In this document: positions 8,919 through 19,293 of the stretch, one piece after another
Layout: each line of letters starts with the position of its first letter
How positions within the stretch are numbered: the stretch's first letter is position 1
Virus record (IMG/VR): IMGVR_UViG_3300036900_000256
Location: 1-64,000 of that record
Reading direction: 5' to 3' (one strand)
DNA length: 64,000 nucleotides
Source: a virus
Notes under the pieces: model-generated
Database searches by the model: none
What the model was told of the DNA's origin: nothing
The model's input: the letters and a program-made list of their open reading frames with translations, nothing else
Made by a program: the position numbers and the translations under genes

Positions 8919-9335
8919 ATGGCACTGGACCCGGACGACTCCCGCCCGCCATACGTGCAGGTCGCGGCCGCGCTGCGCGCCGAGATCCTGGTCGGGCTCC
9001 TCAAGCCGGGGGCACAACTCCCGTCGCGCGTGGAGCTGGCGAAGAAGTACGAGGTCGCTCCGATGACCGTGCAGAGCGCCCTGCGCGAGTTGCGCGACGA
9101 CGGACTGATCGTGTCCCGGCAGGGCAGCGGCGTGTTCGTCCGTAACCGTTTCCACATCGACGCAACCACCCGGATCCGCGCGGCCCGGCGAGCGCTCGAC
9201 GAGATCCACGCTCCGATGAGTGCTGCGGACAGGCGGTGCCGCGAGTGCCGGGACGCACTCGGGCGCAACCTCCCGTGGCCCTGCCGCACGTGGCAGCAGA
9301 TCGCGCCCGTGCTGGACGATCAGGACGAGACCTGA
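8919..9335 (+). CDS. GntR-family wHTH regulator with C-terminal H-CxxC-WPC module; probably leaderless
   Basis: PPYVQVAAALRAEI..PGAQLPSRVELA..TVQSAL..L...G....RQGSGVFV; TAGGCT -10 box just upstream of ATG. Confidence 0.88.
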   Translation: MALDPDDSRPPYVQVAAALRAEILVGLLKPGAQLPSRVELAKKYEVAPMTVQSALRELRDDGLIVSRQGSGVFVRNRFHIDATTRIRAARRALDEIHAPMSAADRRCRECRDALGRNLPWPCRTWQQIAPVLDDQDET

Positions 9336-9556
9336 CGCCGGACGTCACTCATCAGCACCGCGTTCGCCTCGTTGCCGTCCGGCCAGATTTCCTCGACCGC
9401 GATGCCCGCGATGGTGAGCGCCATGTGGTCGATCGGCTCGTCGACGGACTCGACCGGCATCCACCCGCCGAGGACCCACCGCGCGACGATGGTCGGCACC
9501 ACGAGGCAGTACACGCCGAGGTTGAGCACCGCGAGCAGGGCGTAGGTAAGGCTCAC
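9320..9556 (-). CDS. Small membrane protein, last gene of the modification operon
   Basis: Hydrophobic N-terminus; GTGA overlap with GT2. Confidence 0.5.
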   Translation of the reverse strand: MSLTYALLAVLNLGVYCLVVPTIVARWVLGGWMPVESVDEPIDHMALTIAGIAVEEIWPDGNEANAVLMSDVRRQVSS

Positions 9557-10254
9557 CACGGCCGAAACCCCCACTTGTCGACGAACGTGGCCATGTCCTT
9601 GCCTGTCTGCTCCTGCAGCACCGGGTTGGCCGCGGTGGACTGGTCCGGGTGGCGGTGCCGGATCGCACCGTCCGGGAATGGGACGCGGACCGTACCGCCG
9701 CGCTGGAGTGCCTGCTGTTCGATGTCGTCGTCCCCGCACCACCAGCGCATCCGCTCGTCTGCGCGGATGCCTGAGTGGCCGCGCACCACGAAGCAGAACC
9801 CCGTCATCCTGTCTGCCAACCCGACCGGGCCCTTGTCGACGTTGGCCCTGAACGTCGCACCGGGGAACGCGACGTCGGCTGACCAAACCTCGAACGCCCT
9901 CGACATCACGTCGAAGAAGTCGGGCGGCAACACGACGTCGTCGTTGAGCACCGCCACCGCGTACTCGGCCCCGGCGGCAAGCTCCGCAGCCCAGTCCAGG
10001 CCGATGTTCCACAGCCGGGACAGGTTCGGTGGCTGCTCCTCATCGCGCACCACACGGATCCGGCGACCAAGGAACTGGGTGAATTGGTCGCCCCTGAGTC
10101 CTGCGGCACCGCAGATGGACGGGTCGCTGGCATTGTCGATCACCAGTACCGAGACCTCGGGCGGGATGGACGCCAGCAACTCGGTCAGCTCGGCGGGGCG
10201 GTTGTGGGTAGGGATGACCGCGAACATCACGAGCGGCTGGATCCACGCGCTCAC
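9553..10254 (-). CDS. Glycosyltransferase family 2 (GT-A)
   Basis: AVIPTHNR, VLVIDNASD, LSRLWNIG, VLNDD, WCGDDD, HRHP. Confidence 0.88.
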   Translation of the reverse strand: MSAWIQPLVMFAVIPTHNRPAELTELLASIPPEVSVLVIDNASDPSICGAAGLRGDQFTQFLGRRIRVVRDEEQPPNLSRLWNIGLDWAAELAAGAEYAVAVLNDDVVLPPDFFDVMSRAFEVWSADVAFPGATFRANVDKGPVGLADRMTGFCFVVRGHSGIRADERMRWWCGDDDIEQQALQRGGTVRVPFPDGAIRHRHPDQSTAANPVLQEQTGKDMATFVDKWGFRPW

Positions 10255-10760
10255 GAAATCCTCCGGGCCCACGCGTAGACGTCGCCGGGGATCGGGTTGT
10301 AATGCACGGCGCTCACCGCGAACACCTGGTCGAGCAGCACCTCGATCGGCCCCGGAGGAACGTTCGCGTACCACTCCCCTGGTGCTGGGTCCATCTCGCC
10401 TCGTGCACCGTGGGGGCGACGCCCGTCGCTGGCGCAGGTGAGGATTAGGTGGCCTCCTCGGCGCAGCGCCCACCACGCGGTGAGAACGCACTTCTGCCAT
10501 TCCTCGACGTGCTCAAGCAGTTCGGTGCACAGCACCAGGTCGTAGGTCCGGTCGGGTTGCCAGGTGCAGGCATCAGCCACGAAGTCGACCCCTGGGCCGG
10601 GCTCCGCGTCGAGACCGAACCAGGTGGCGCCGGGAAAGTGTGCTCGGGCGGTGCCGTTGATGTCCGCGCCGCCGAGGTCGAGCGCGACGCACCCCGCGCC
10701 TGCCCCGATGCCCGCGGCGTCGCGCATCGTCGCGACCGCTTCGTACGCCTCGGTGTGCAT
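10251..10760 (-). CDS. Class I SAM-dependent methyltransferase
   Basis: LDLGG.DING, GLD...GPGVD.VAD, YDLVLCTELLEH, LRRGGHLIL. Confidence 0.88.
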   Translation of the reverse strand: MHTEAYEAVATMRDAAGIGAGAGCVALDLGGADINGTARAHFPGATWFGLDAEPGPGVDFVADACTWQPDRTYDLVLCTELLEHVEEWQKCVLTAWWALRRGGHLILTCASDGRRPHGARGEMDPAPGEWYANVPPGPIEVLLDQVFAVSAVHYNPIPGDVYAWARRIS

Positions 10761-11422
10761 CAGGCCATCGCCTCGGGTTGCCACACCGTGGAGTGCGCGT
10801 CGCTGATGTCCGCGCGGAGCGGCGCGTAGAAATAGCAGGCCAGCGACTTCCGCAGGTGGTCGCCGAGGATCGGTTCGGGGTGCCCGTGCCAGGACGCGTC
10901 CGAGGTGGCGAACAGGACGGTGCGGTTGAACTCCGGCAACACCTCCACCTCGCGGTGCTCGCCGAGGAACAGGGTGCCGCCCCACTCCGCCCGCCAGTCG
11001 CGGTTGAGGAACACCATCAGGTTCAGACGCCGCTCCAGCGGCAGGTCGGGGTGGACGTTGAAGTCGACGTGGCTGGCCAGCCTGCCGCCTTCGGAGGTCA
11101 TGTGCATCCCGCCGCCGACGGTGTCCGCGGTGAGCGGCCCGATCCCGGTCGCCTGGGCGAGCGCGGCGCACACCTCGGGCGAGCGGACGTGGTCGAACCA
11201 GGCGCTCGTCTCCGGCCCCCAGCACGCGTCGCCCCCTGCGCGTTTGCCCCATTCCTTGGGGTCTGGGTAGGTAACCCAACGGCGGTCGTCCGGTGCCGGG
11301 AACTCTGCGGCGATCGCGTCCAACCAGGCCGGGTGCCACAGCCCGTCGAGTACCACGTGTGGGAACGGCGCGGCACCGGCGAACCGGTCCGCGTCCACGT
11401 TGATGCTGGTCAGATCACCCAT
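10760..11422 (-). CDS. 2OG-Fe(II) oxygenase, prolyl-4-hydroxylase-like (2OG-FeII_Oxy_3 type)
   Basis: PFPHVVLD, GGMH..GG.L..HVDFN (HxD), RRLNL..FLN..W...WGG.L, P.FNR..F, SWHG, RKSLA. Confidence 0.88.
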   Translation of the reverse strand: MGDLTSINVDADRFAGAAPFPHVVLDGLWHPAWLDAIAAEFPAPDDRRWVTYPDPKEWGKRAGGDACWGPETSAWFDHVRSPEVCAALAQATGIGPLTADTVGGGMHMTSEGGRLASHVDFNVHPDLPLERRLNLMVFLNRDWRAEWGGTLFLGEHREVEVLPEFNRTVLFATSDASWHGHPEPILGDHLRKSLACYFYAPLRADISDAHSTVWQPEAMA

Positions 11423-11786
11423 GACGCTGCTCCAGGGGCAGGGCGATCGCGACCTGACCGAAGACCTTCGACGCGCGTGCGAACATCCCGCCGAGCCGGT
11501 AGAACGCGGCCTGCGCCTCGCGCGACGGCACACCGGGCACGAAGGCGTGGCCGGTCTCGACGAGCGCGTCCGACATGTCGCGGAGCAGAGCGCCGACGTT
11601 GACGATCTCCTGCTGCGGCGTCTCGTTGTCGACGACGTCGGCAGCGACAGGTGGGGTGAACGACTGCCCCCAGGTACGCTGGCAACCTGGGCAGATCCAC
11701 TGCTGGCCGGGGAGGATGTCGCTCGGCGGCGCGCACCGATGCTCGGGCTTACTGTCCGGCTGGGCCACATCGGGCTGATCGGTCAT
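11415..11786 (-). CDS. Hypothetical protein with H-C...CxxC
   Basis: Coupled within operon (ATGA overlap with GT4). Confidence 0.55.
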   Translation of the reverse strand: MTDQPDVAQPDSKPEHRCAPPSDILPGQQWICPGCQRTWGQSFTPPVAADVVDNETPQQEIVNVGALLRDMSDALVETGHAFVPGVPSREAQAAFYRLGGMFARASKVFGQVAIALPLEQRHG

Positions 11787-12808
11787 GACGCCTCCTTGCG
11801 GGTCACGGCGGTGGTCAGGTTCGACAGCAAGGCGTCTTCCCACAGGTGCCCGTTGCCTTCGATCGTGTGCTGGGCGGCTAGGTGGCGGGCGGCGGCGCTC
11901 ATCTCGGCCCGCATCGATGTGTCGAGCACGAGGTCGGTGAGTGCCTTCGACCACTCGTGCGGGCGGGTCACGAGCAGCCCGGTCTCGCCGTGCCGCACGA
12001 ACGCTGGGTAGGGGCCGACGTCGGAGGCGACGATCGGGAGCCCCCGCGTAGCCGCTTCTAGCGCCTTCAACCAGGACTTGGACTGGTTGAACACGTGCGG
12101 GTGCAGCGGAGCCAGGGCGATGTCGAACGCGCCGAGCGCCTCGTAGTAGTCCCAGATGCCGTCGACCCACCCGGTGACGCGGAGCCGGTCGCGGGGGAAC
12201 TTCCGCTGCGACGGGAAGGTGCCACCGATCGCGTGGTAGACCGCCGCGGGGTTGCGTTTGAGCCAGCGCGCCAGCTGCGGGGCGGCTTCATCCCAGTCCA
12301 TCGCGTGGGTCGAAGACCCTGCCCAGCCGACGACGAACCGGTCGTCGGCGCGCTCCGGCGCGGGCAGGTCGAGGACCCCGGCCGGGATGAAGTTCGGGAT
12401 CACGACGACGTTCGGGTTGATCGGCCGGACGATGTCGGCCAGCGGCTCCGTCGACACTGTCACCAGGTCGGCCAGCCGCAGGTTCGTGCGCAGGTTCTGG
12501 CCGACGCCGGGCTGCGAGAAGAACGCATGCGACTCCTCTGAGCTGGGCGGCACCTGCCACAGGTCGTCGTCCAGCTCGAACACCATCAGCGGCCGCTTCG
12601 GGTGCTGGGCGATGCGCTGCCACCGCACGCTCGGGTCGTACATGCACACCCGCTGCCCGATCACCACGTCCGCAGTGTCGAGCCACTCGTCGGGCATCTG
12701 CATCGAGGTGAGCACCTCGTGCCCGCGGCGGCCGAGCTCGTCGGACGGCATCTGCATCCGGTACCAACCGCAGCCGCTGCTGTCCGCGCTCCAGCTGAAG
12801 ATCTTCAC
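11783..12808 (-). CDS. Glycosyltransferase family 4-like (GT-B)
   Basis: SGCGWYR, ELDDDLW, ADLVTVST, VGWAGS.TH..D, DIALAPL..FN.SKS.LK.LE...G.P.VASD. Confidence 0.9.
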   Translation of the reverse strand: MKIFSWSADSSGCGWYRMQMPSDELGRRGHEVLTSMQMPDEWLDTADVVIGQRVCMYDPSVRWQRIAQHPKRPLMVFELDDDLWQVPPSSEESHAFFSQPGVGQNLRTNLRLADLVTVSTEPLADIVRPINPNVVVIPNFIPAGVLDLPAPERADDRFVVGWAGSSTHAMDWDEAAPQLARWLKRNPAAVYHAIGGTFPSQRKFPRDRLRVTGWVDGIWDYYEALGAFDIALAPLHPHVFNQSKSWLKALEAATRGLPIVASDVGPYPAFVRHGETGLLVTRPHEWSKALTDLVLDTSMRAEMSAAARHLAAQHTIEGNGHLWEDALLSNLTTAVTRKEAS

Positions 12809-13001
12809 GGCTGGGGCCCCACCGGGGAAACGTCCTGGATCGGCATGCGCGCTCCCGTGGTGGCCGGAAATCTTCCCGTTGAAATGGTAGATGACCGAAG
12901 AATCCGCCGAGACCATGCCCGATCACGGTGCATGCTTACGGTGTTCCTCGTGCCGACGCCACGGCCGGACCGCCGCATCCTCGCGCCCTAAAGGAGCCCC
13001 G

Positions 13002-14534
13002 ATGCCACTCCCCCCGGCCGTCGGCACGGTCACGATCGACTTCGACATCCGCCACCCGCAGACCGGCACACCGGGCAACGGCACCGTGCTGGTCACGCTG
13101 CCCTACGCCCTGCGGGACACCACGGATCACGTGATCCTCGGCGCGGGCACCATCACTGCGCTGTGTGTCGACGGCGTCGGCTCGGTCACCATCCCGGACC
13201 CGAATGACACCGATGTCAGCCCCCAGGGTTGGGCACCGCACATCAGCGTCCTGACCGACGTTTACGCCGCCGAGTACGACATTGTCATCCCGGACGGCTC
13301 GGCCGGTCTGACCCTGCACCTGTCGAACCTCGCCCCCGCCGAGACCCCGCCTCAGGTGTTCGCCTACGCGCTCGTGTCACAGCTCGCCGGTTACCTGCCA
13401 CTCACGGGCGGCACGCTGTCCGGCCCAGCCTCGTGGAACGGCACCCCGTCCGCGTCCGGGCACCTCACCACCAAGGCCTACGTCGACAGCCTCATCGTCT
13501 CGGGCGGGGTCCCCGACGCGACCACCAGCAGCAAGGGCGTCGTCCAGCTCGCTGGAGATCTCGGCGGTACTGCAGCCGCGCCCACGGTTCCAGGGCTGGC
13601 CAGCAAGTACGTCAAGCCCGGCTCAGGAATCCCCTTGGGTGACCTGACTGCTGCCGTGCAGACCAGCCTGGGCAAGGCAGACACGGCCGTCCAACCAGGC
13701 GCACTCGCGGCGGTGGCCACGTCCGGCGCGAAGGCCGACGTCGGCCTCGGCAACGTCGACAACACCAGCGACCTGGGCAAACCGATCTCCACCGCGACCC
13801 AGACCGCGCTCGACGCCAAGGTCGCGAAGGCCACCCTCACGGCCAAGGGCGACCTGTACATCGCGACCGCCTCGGGCACGGTCGTCCGGCTACCGGTCGG
13901 CACCGACGACCAGGTGCTGACGGCCGACTCCGCCCAGACCGCGGGCGTGGCCTGGGCAACCCCGTCGGGCGGCACCGTCGACATCCCGTCCACCGCCGCC
14001 CAGCAGGGTTTCGTCGGCTGGACCGGCGACCTGCTCACCTGGACGACCAGGTCAGGTGTCGGCGACGGCGACGTCTCCCTCGTCCGCCTGCCTCTACCAG
14101 CAGGTAAGGCCGTCACCACACTGTGGGTCGCCGTCAGCACCGCGGGCACCTACTCCGCGACCGGGAAGCCCAACCAGCTCGGCATCTGGGACGACGACGG
14201 GACCCTGCTGTCCCTCACCCCTGACGACTCGACCCTGTACACCAGCAACGGGTGGCGCTCCGGCACGCTGACGACCCCCGTCGCCTCGTCCGGGACCCTC
14301 CGGTACTGCTACGTCGGTTTCATCGTCGGCGGCCAAACCGGGCTACAGCTCTACTACCCCACCGCGGCCAACCTCGTCGGCTCCACATCCGAGGGGAACG
14401 TCCTCAACGGGGGGCCGATCACCCGACGACGCGCCGTGTACCTCACCGGCCAGTCCGCGCTGCCCAGCAGCTTCAACCCGACCACCGTCGGCACCGTCAC
14501 TGCCTACATGCCCCTTCTCGCGATGTCCGCGTAA
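13002..14534 (+). CDS. Fibre-like virion protein (head or tail fibre) upstream of terminase
   Basis: [72 protein letters not shown] fibre repeats; Thr/Ser/Gly-rich. Confidence 0.75.
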   Translation: MPLPPAVGTVTIDFDIRHPQTGTPGNGTVLVTLPYALRDTTDHVILGAGTITALCVDGVGSVTIPDPNDTDVSPQGWAPHISVLTDVYAAEYDIVIPDGSAGLTLHLSNLAPAETPPQVFAYALVSQLAGYLPLTGGTLSGPASWNGTPSASGHLTTKAYVDSLIVSGGVPDATTSSKGVVQLAGDLGGTAAAPTVPGLASKYVKPGSGIPLGDLTAAVQTSLGKADTAVQPGALAAVATSGAKADVGLGNVDNTSDLGKPISTATQTALDAKVAKATLTAKGDLYIATASGTVVRLPVGTDDQVLTADSAQTAGVAWATPSGGTVDIPSTAAQQGFVGWTGDLLTWTTRSGVGDGDVSLVRLPLPAGKAVTTLWVAVSTAGTYSATGKPNQLGIWDDDGTLLSLTPDDSTLYTSNGWRSGTLTTPVASSGTLRYCYVGFIVGGQTGLQLYYPTAANLVGSTSEGNVLNGGPITRRRAVYLTGQSALPSSFNPTTVGTVTAYMPLLAMSA

Positions 14535-14579
14535 CCACCACACAAAGGCGCTGATCAGCGCGAACAGTTGGAGCCGAAC

Positions 14580-15125
14580 ATGACCACCACACCGGCTGGG
14601 ACCGAAATCGTGCGGTTCGCCTACGACGAGCCGCGCAACACGGCAGACATCGCGCGCGAGCAGCAACTGTGCTTCCGCTTGCGCATCGAGCACTTCACGA
14701 TCCGGCAGATCGCTGAGCTGACCGGGCTCGGCGTGGCCACGGTGCACAAGCGCATCACGGACGAGATCACCGAGACGGTGGCCCCGTACCGGGAGCAGTA
14801 CAAGTCGATGGCGCGGGAGCGGCTGGACAACATGTCGCGGAAGGTGCTGGACCTGATGTCCCAGCCCCGCTACCTGGTGCATGAGGGCAAGGTGGTGAGG
14901 GTCGACGGGGCTCCGGTCCTGGACGCGGAGTACCAGTTGCGGTGCCTGGACAGGTTGATGGCGATTGAGCGGCAACGGGCGCAGATGGAGGGCTATAACG
15001 CGCCGGTGAAGGTGGACGCGACGGTGACTGAGGTGACTCAGGAGGACATCGAGGCGGCGGCGATGATCCGGGAGGCGAAGGCGCGGGCGGCGGCGCAGCG
15101 GGAGCGGTTGCAGGCTGAGGCGTGA
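14580..15125 (+). CDS. Putative terminase small subunit (HTH)
   Basis: FTIRQIAELTGLGVATVHKRI HTH followed by coiled coil; position before TerL. Confidence 0.65.
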   Translation: MTTTPAGTEIVRFAYDEPRNTADIAREQQLCFRLRIEHFTIRQIAELTGLGVATVHKRITDEITETVAPYREQYKSMARERLDNMSRKVLDLMSQPRYLVHEGKVVRVDGAPVLDAEYQLRCLDRLMAIERQRAQMEGYNAPVKVDATVTEVTQEDIEAAAMIREAKARAAAQRERLQAEA

Positions 15126-15247
15126 GCACCGGCGAGCGTCGATACGGGAGATCCTCCTGCACAATGGGTGTTTCACCGCAGATTCTTCGGCCACCTCGCG
15201 GGGTTGAGCCGAAGAATCTGCGGCCCGCCTCGCAGGAAGGCCCGATC

Positions 15248-15523
15248 ATGGACAGCCCCAAACTCGGCACCGACGTCCTCTACACACTCAACGAGGGCGA
15301 CATCGAAACGATCCGGCAACTCGTACCCCGCATCAACTCGGCAGCCGGACAGAACCTCAACCAACCCACCGCAGGCGAGCAGTACCCCGCCAAGGTCGTC
15401 CGGTGCTGGCCCAACTCGTCAGCCGCGAACCTGAAAGTCTTCCTCGACGGTGGCGCGACCGCCGAACTGTGGGCCACCTCCCGCGTCGAGGGCACCGGGC
15501 CGGGCACCTGGCAGCGGCCGTGA
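15248..15523 (+). CDS. Hypothetical phage protein
   Basis: AGGAAGG RBS; YPAKVVR..NLKVFLDG..WATS..GTW motif common in actinophages. Confidence 0.7.
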   Translation: MDSPKLGTDVLYTLNEGDIETIRQLVPRINSAAGQNLNQPTAGEQYPAKVVRCWPNSSAANLKVFLDGGATAELWATSRVEGTGPGTWQRP

Positions 15524-15681
15524 ACCCGCCGCTCCTCGCCGCGATCACACTGCTCGCCCTGCTGTGCTGGGGCTTGGCCAAGGTGACCTCGGAGCAGGTT
15601 GGGCGCGTCCTCAACGTGCTCGCCGTCGCCCTTGTGGCAGCGGCGCTGGCCGTCCTCCTGTACACGACCGTGACCCTGTAG
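15520..15681 (+). CDS. Small two-helix membrane protein
   Basis: Hydrophobic; GTGA overlap. Confidence 0.55.
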   Translation: MNPPLLAAITLLALLCWGLAKVTSEQVGRVLNVLAVALVAAALAVLLYTTVTL

Positions 15682-15693
15682 ATCGGAGACGAC

Positions 15694-15903
15694 GTGGCGG
15701 CTGACTACGGGCATCGCACCGCCGAGGAGGACCTCGCGGAGGCTGAGTCCGCGCTGCGCCTGGCAGGCTCCGGCGGCCAGACCACCCCACCGGAGGCCAT
15801 GGCGCTCGTCGGGATCGGGTACGCCCTGACCGCCCTTGTGCGCAGGCAGGGCGAGTTCTACCGCGAAGTGGTCGACGTGCTGGATCAGGCCAGAGGCGAC
15901 TAG
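15694..15903 (+). CDS. Hypothetical protein
   Basis: GGAG RBS; in operon. Confidence 0.55.
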   Translation: MAADYGHRTAEEDLAEAESALRLAGSGGQTTPPEAMALVGIGYALTALVRRQGEFYREVVDVLDQARGD

Positions 15904-15906
15904 TCG

Positions 15907-17535
15907 ATGGCCGCCGTCCAGGACCCCGAAACCCCCGCCCCCTCCGAGGAGGAGCGCGGGGGTTTCGACCTGGACGCGTACCTCTGCCAGTTCGACCCCC
16001 GGATGCTGGAGATCCCCGAGTGCAGGCGCGAACTCTGCCGCTACGAGCCGCTCCTCTATGCGCTGCTCTATTTGCCGCACCACCTTCGTGGCAGCGAGGA
16101 CGGGGCGCGGATCACCCTCTCGGAGTTCCACATCGAACTCGCCGAGGCGGCGAAGAGGTGGGCGCTTCCTACCATGGAGCCGCGCGCTGATCGGGACGCG
16201 TACGTTTGCCCGCGCGAGGCGGGGAAATCAACTTGGTTGTTCCTGATCCTGCCGCTCTGGGCTGCTTCGTTCGGCCACAAGAAGTTCATCGGGGCATTCG
16301 CCGATGCCGGGGCGCAGGCGGAGATGCACCTGCTGTCGTTCAAGCAGGAGCTGGACAACAACCTGTTATTGCGTACGGATTTCCCCGACTTGTGCAGGCC
16401 GGGCCGCCGTCCGGGTGGCATGACCGAGTCCGACACGAAGCACATGTACATCGCTGGATCAGGGTTCGTATTCGCGGCGAAGGGTGTGGACGCGAAGGCG
16501 TTGGGCATGAAGGTCGGCGCGCGGCGTCCGGACCTGCTGATTCTCGACGACGTCGAGCCGGACGAGTCGAACTACAGCGACTACCAGAAGGACAAGCGGC
16601 TCGCGACGATCCAGAACGCGATCCTGCCGCTCAACATCCGGGCGCGCGTGGTCATCGCCGGGACGGTGACCATGCCCGGCTCGATCATCCACGACCTGGT
16701 CAAGACCGTGTCGATGCCAGGCGAGCCGCCAGCGCAGTGGGTGACCGACGAGAAGATCCGGGTGCATTACTACCGGGCGATCGTCACCGACGAGGAGACC
16801 GGGGCACGGCGGTCGTTGTGGCCGGAGAAGTGGCCGTTCGAGTTCCTGGTCAGCATCGAGCACACCCGCGGCTACAAGCTGAACTACGACAACAACCCCA
16901 TGGCCAGGGACGGCCAGTACTGGAACGAGACGGACTTCGTCCACATCGAGCTGCCCGCGCTGACCGCGATGCTGCTGTCCATCGACCCGGCGGTGAAGTC
17001 GAAGAAGACGTCGGACTTCACCGCGCTGGCCGTGATCGCCTACTCCGCGCACCACCGGCGGTGCATCGTCCTCGACGCCTGGGCAATCCGGGTACCGCCC
17101 GGCGCTGCACTGCGGAAACGGGTGCTCGGGATCCTGGAGCTGCACCCGGAAATCCGGGGCATCGTCGTGGAGGACAACCAAGGCGGCGAAGTGTGGGACG
17201 CGTCCGTGCTGCACAACATGCCCGTGAAGGTGCGGACGGTGGGCCAGCACGAACCCAAGGAAGTGAGGGCAGCCCGTCTTCTGGGGTTCTACCAGAACCG
17301 CCCCCGCCGCCTGCCCGGCAGACCGGCAAGCCCGATCGACGACCTGCCGTTCGTGGTGCATGCCCGCCCGCTACCCGCGCTTGAGGAGCAGATGGTCGGG
17401 TTCCCCAAGGCCGCGCACGACGACTTGGTCGACGCGGTGGGGACCGGTGTGGACATGTTCTTGAAGAAGCGGAAGCGCAACGGCGTGGAGCGGATCATGC
17501 CGGGCATGGACGATGAGGACGATCTAGCATCCTGA
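15907..17535 (+). CDS. terL: Terminase large subunit
   Basis: PREAGKST Walker A, RPDLLILDDVE Walker B, GTV motif III, IDPA and HDDLVDA RuvC-like nuclease residues. Confidence 0.93.
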   Translation: MAAVQDPETPAPSEEERGGFDLDAYLCQFDPRMLEIPECRRELCRYEPLLYALLYLPHHLRGSEDGARITLSEFHIELAEAAKRWALPTMEPRADRDAYVCPREAGKSTWLFLILPLWAASFGHKKFIGAFADAGAQAEMHLLSFKQELDNNLLLRTDFPDLCRPGRRPGGMTESDTKHMYIAGSGFVFAAKGVDAKALGMKVGARRPDLLILDDVEPDESNYSDYQKDKRLATIQNAILPLNIRARVVIAGTVTMPGSIIHDLVKTVSMPGEPPAQWVTDEKIRVHYYRAIVTDEETGARRSLWPEKWPFEFLVSIEHTRGYKLNYDNNPMARDGQYWNETDFVHIELPALTAMLLSIDPAVKSKKTSDFTALAVIAYSAHHRRCIVLDAWAIRVPPGAALRKRVLGILELHPEIRGIVVEDNQGGEVWDASVLHNMPVKVRTVGQHEPKEVRAARLLGFYQNRPRRLPGRPASPIDDLPFVVHARPLPALEEQMVGFPKAAHDDLVDAVGTGVDMFLKKRKRNGVERIMPGMDDEDDLAS

Positions 17536-17547
17536 CCGGCCAGCCAC

Positions 17548-17578
17548 CCATCCGGCAGGAGGATCCCCTGCCGGATGG
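17548..17578 (+). terminator. 12-bp stem hairpin between terL and portal
   Basis: CCATCCGGCAGG / CCTGCCGGATGG; no U-tract. Confidence 0.45.
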
Positions 17579-17643
17579 CGTGATGACCGAAGAAGCTTCG
17601 GCGTGCGGTTATTCTGACGACAACACATCCGGGAGGCCGCCGC

Positions 17644-19293
17644 GTGAATGCCCCACTGGCCATGCAGGAGTCCGTCGACAAGATCCTCGGCGTACTCGAA
17701 GCCGAACGCGCCACCAACCCGGACCTCCAGCACGGACTCGACGAGCTAGAGAACGCCGCAGAGGCCTACCACAAGGCCGAAAGGTACTTCGAGGACACCG
17801 TGCCCGAGGTGTTCGCCTCACTGCGCCTGCGTCGCGCGATGCAGGCCACCGGCACAGACTTCCGGATCAACTTCGCGAGGATCCCCGTCACCTCGGTGGT
17901 CAACCGGCTGGAGATTTCGTCTACCGCGTGCCCCACCGACGACGAAGCCACCGCGTGGATCCAGCAGCAGTGGGAGGGCAACGACCTCGACCTCGAAGCC
18001 CCCAACTTCCACCTGCGGGCGTGCGAGTACGGCGACTCCTACGCCATCGTGTGGCCACAGCCTGACGACGAGGACACCGAGGACACCGCCAGCGTCGAAG
18101 CCATGGGCGAACTGGATCGCGGATCGGAATCCACAGACCGTATCGACGTGGGGATCAGCTACAACAGTCCGCTGTGCTGCCGGATCATCTACGACCCCGA
18201 GCACACCCGACGCAAAGCGTTCGCGATCAAACGGTGGGACATTCCCGGCGGCGCGGTACGAGTCGACCTGTACTACGCGGACAGGTTGGAGCGGTACGTC
18301 ACGAAACCGAAGACGAACAACCCGGAGGCCGGGGACTTCTACCGGTTCCACGACGACGACATCGACGACGTGTGGCCTGCCCCGAACCCGTACGGCGAAG
18401 TCCCCGTGTTCCATTTCCGGAACGACCGCCCGTACGGCACCCCCGAGCACAAGGGGTTCTACGGCACCCAGAACGCGCTCAGGAAGCTGTTCATCAGCCA
18501 CATGGCCACGGTCGACTACCAAGCGTTCCAGCAGCGGTATGCGCTCACCGCAGGGGAGTCCGATACCAGCGAAGCGGCGGCTGGTGACGAGGACGAGTTC
18601 TCGTTCGGCGACGACGCGACCGGGGCCACCAAGACCACCGGCGGGTCGTCCCGATCCCAACTCAACGCCGGGCCCGGCGAGCTGTGGTGGATGCGTGGCG
18701 TCACCCAGGTCGGCGCCTTTCCCGAGGCCGACCCCGACGTGTTTATGAAACCGGCCAAGGACTACCTGCGGTTCGGCGCCCAAGCCACCGATACCCCGGT
18801 GCGCCTGTTCGACGTGCTGACTGGGCAGCAACCGTCGGCCGCGTCGCAGAAGGAAGCCGACGGCCCGCACACCAAGAAGGTCCGCAACCGTGCGCTGTCG
18901 TTCGGTGGGACCTGGCGGGGCATCTGGGAGTGCGCGCTACGCATGGCCGGGTTCCCCCGCCTGCGCGTGGTCGTCAACTGGGCGCCACCCGAGCACGTGT
19001 CCGGCCTGGAGGGCTGGCAGACCGTGCTCGCCCAGATCGAGGCCGGTGTGCCGCCGCGTGTCGCGCTGCACGAGGCGGGCTACACCAACGAGCAGATCGT
19101 GTCCTGGTTCGGTGAGGAGGACGACGACCTCCCGGCCCAGTTGGAGATGCTTAAGGAGATCGCGCTGGTGCTGCAGGCGCTCGGCGCGGCCAGCGCGTTC
19201 GACGTGATTGACGCCGTGCAGCTGCGCACCCTGATCGCCTCGCTCCTCGACCGTGCCACCAAGGTCGAGACCACGGATGAGGCTGACGAGTGA
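17644..19293 (+). CDS. Portal protein (SPP1 gp6-like)
   Basis: RINFARIPV..V.NRL, YGDSYAIVW, NPYGEVPVFHFRN, AFQQRY; position after TerL. Confidence 0.9.
   Translation: MNAPLAMQESVDKILGVLEAERATNPDLQHGLDELENAAEAYHKAERYFEDTVPEVFASLRLRRAMQATGTDFRINFARIPVTSVVNRLEISSTACPTDDEATAWIQQQWEGNDLDLEAPNFHLRACEYGDSYAIVWPQPDDEDTEDTASVEAMGELDRGSESTDRIDVGISYNSPLCCRIIYDPEHTRRKAFAIKRWDIPGGAVRVDLYYADRLERYVTKPKTNNPEAGDFYRFHDDDIDDVWPAPNPYGEVPVFHFRNDRPYGTPEHKGFYGTQNALRKLFISHMATVDYQAFQQRYALTAGESDTSEAAAGDEDEFSFGDDATGATKTTGGSSRSQLNAGPGELWWMRGVTQVGAFPEADPDVFMKPAKDYLRFGAQATDTPVRLFDVLTGQQPSAASQKEADGPHTKKVRNRALSFGGTWRGIWECALRMAGFPRLRVVVNWAPPEHVSGLEGWQTVLAQIEAGVPPRVALHEAGYTNEQIVSWFGEEDDDLPAQLEMLKEIALVLQALGAASAFDVIDAVQLRTLIASLLDRATKVETTDEADE

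Noticed and set aside
10760-11422. TET/JBP DNA hydroxylase
   Set aside because: Motifs match the prolyl-hydroxylase-like group; a DNA substrate is not excluded but is less favoured.
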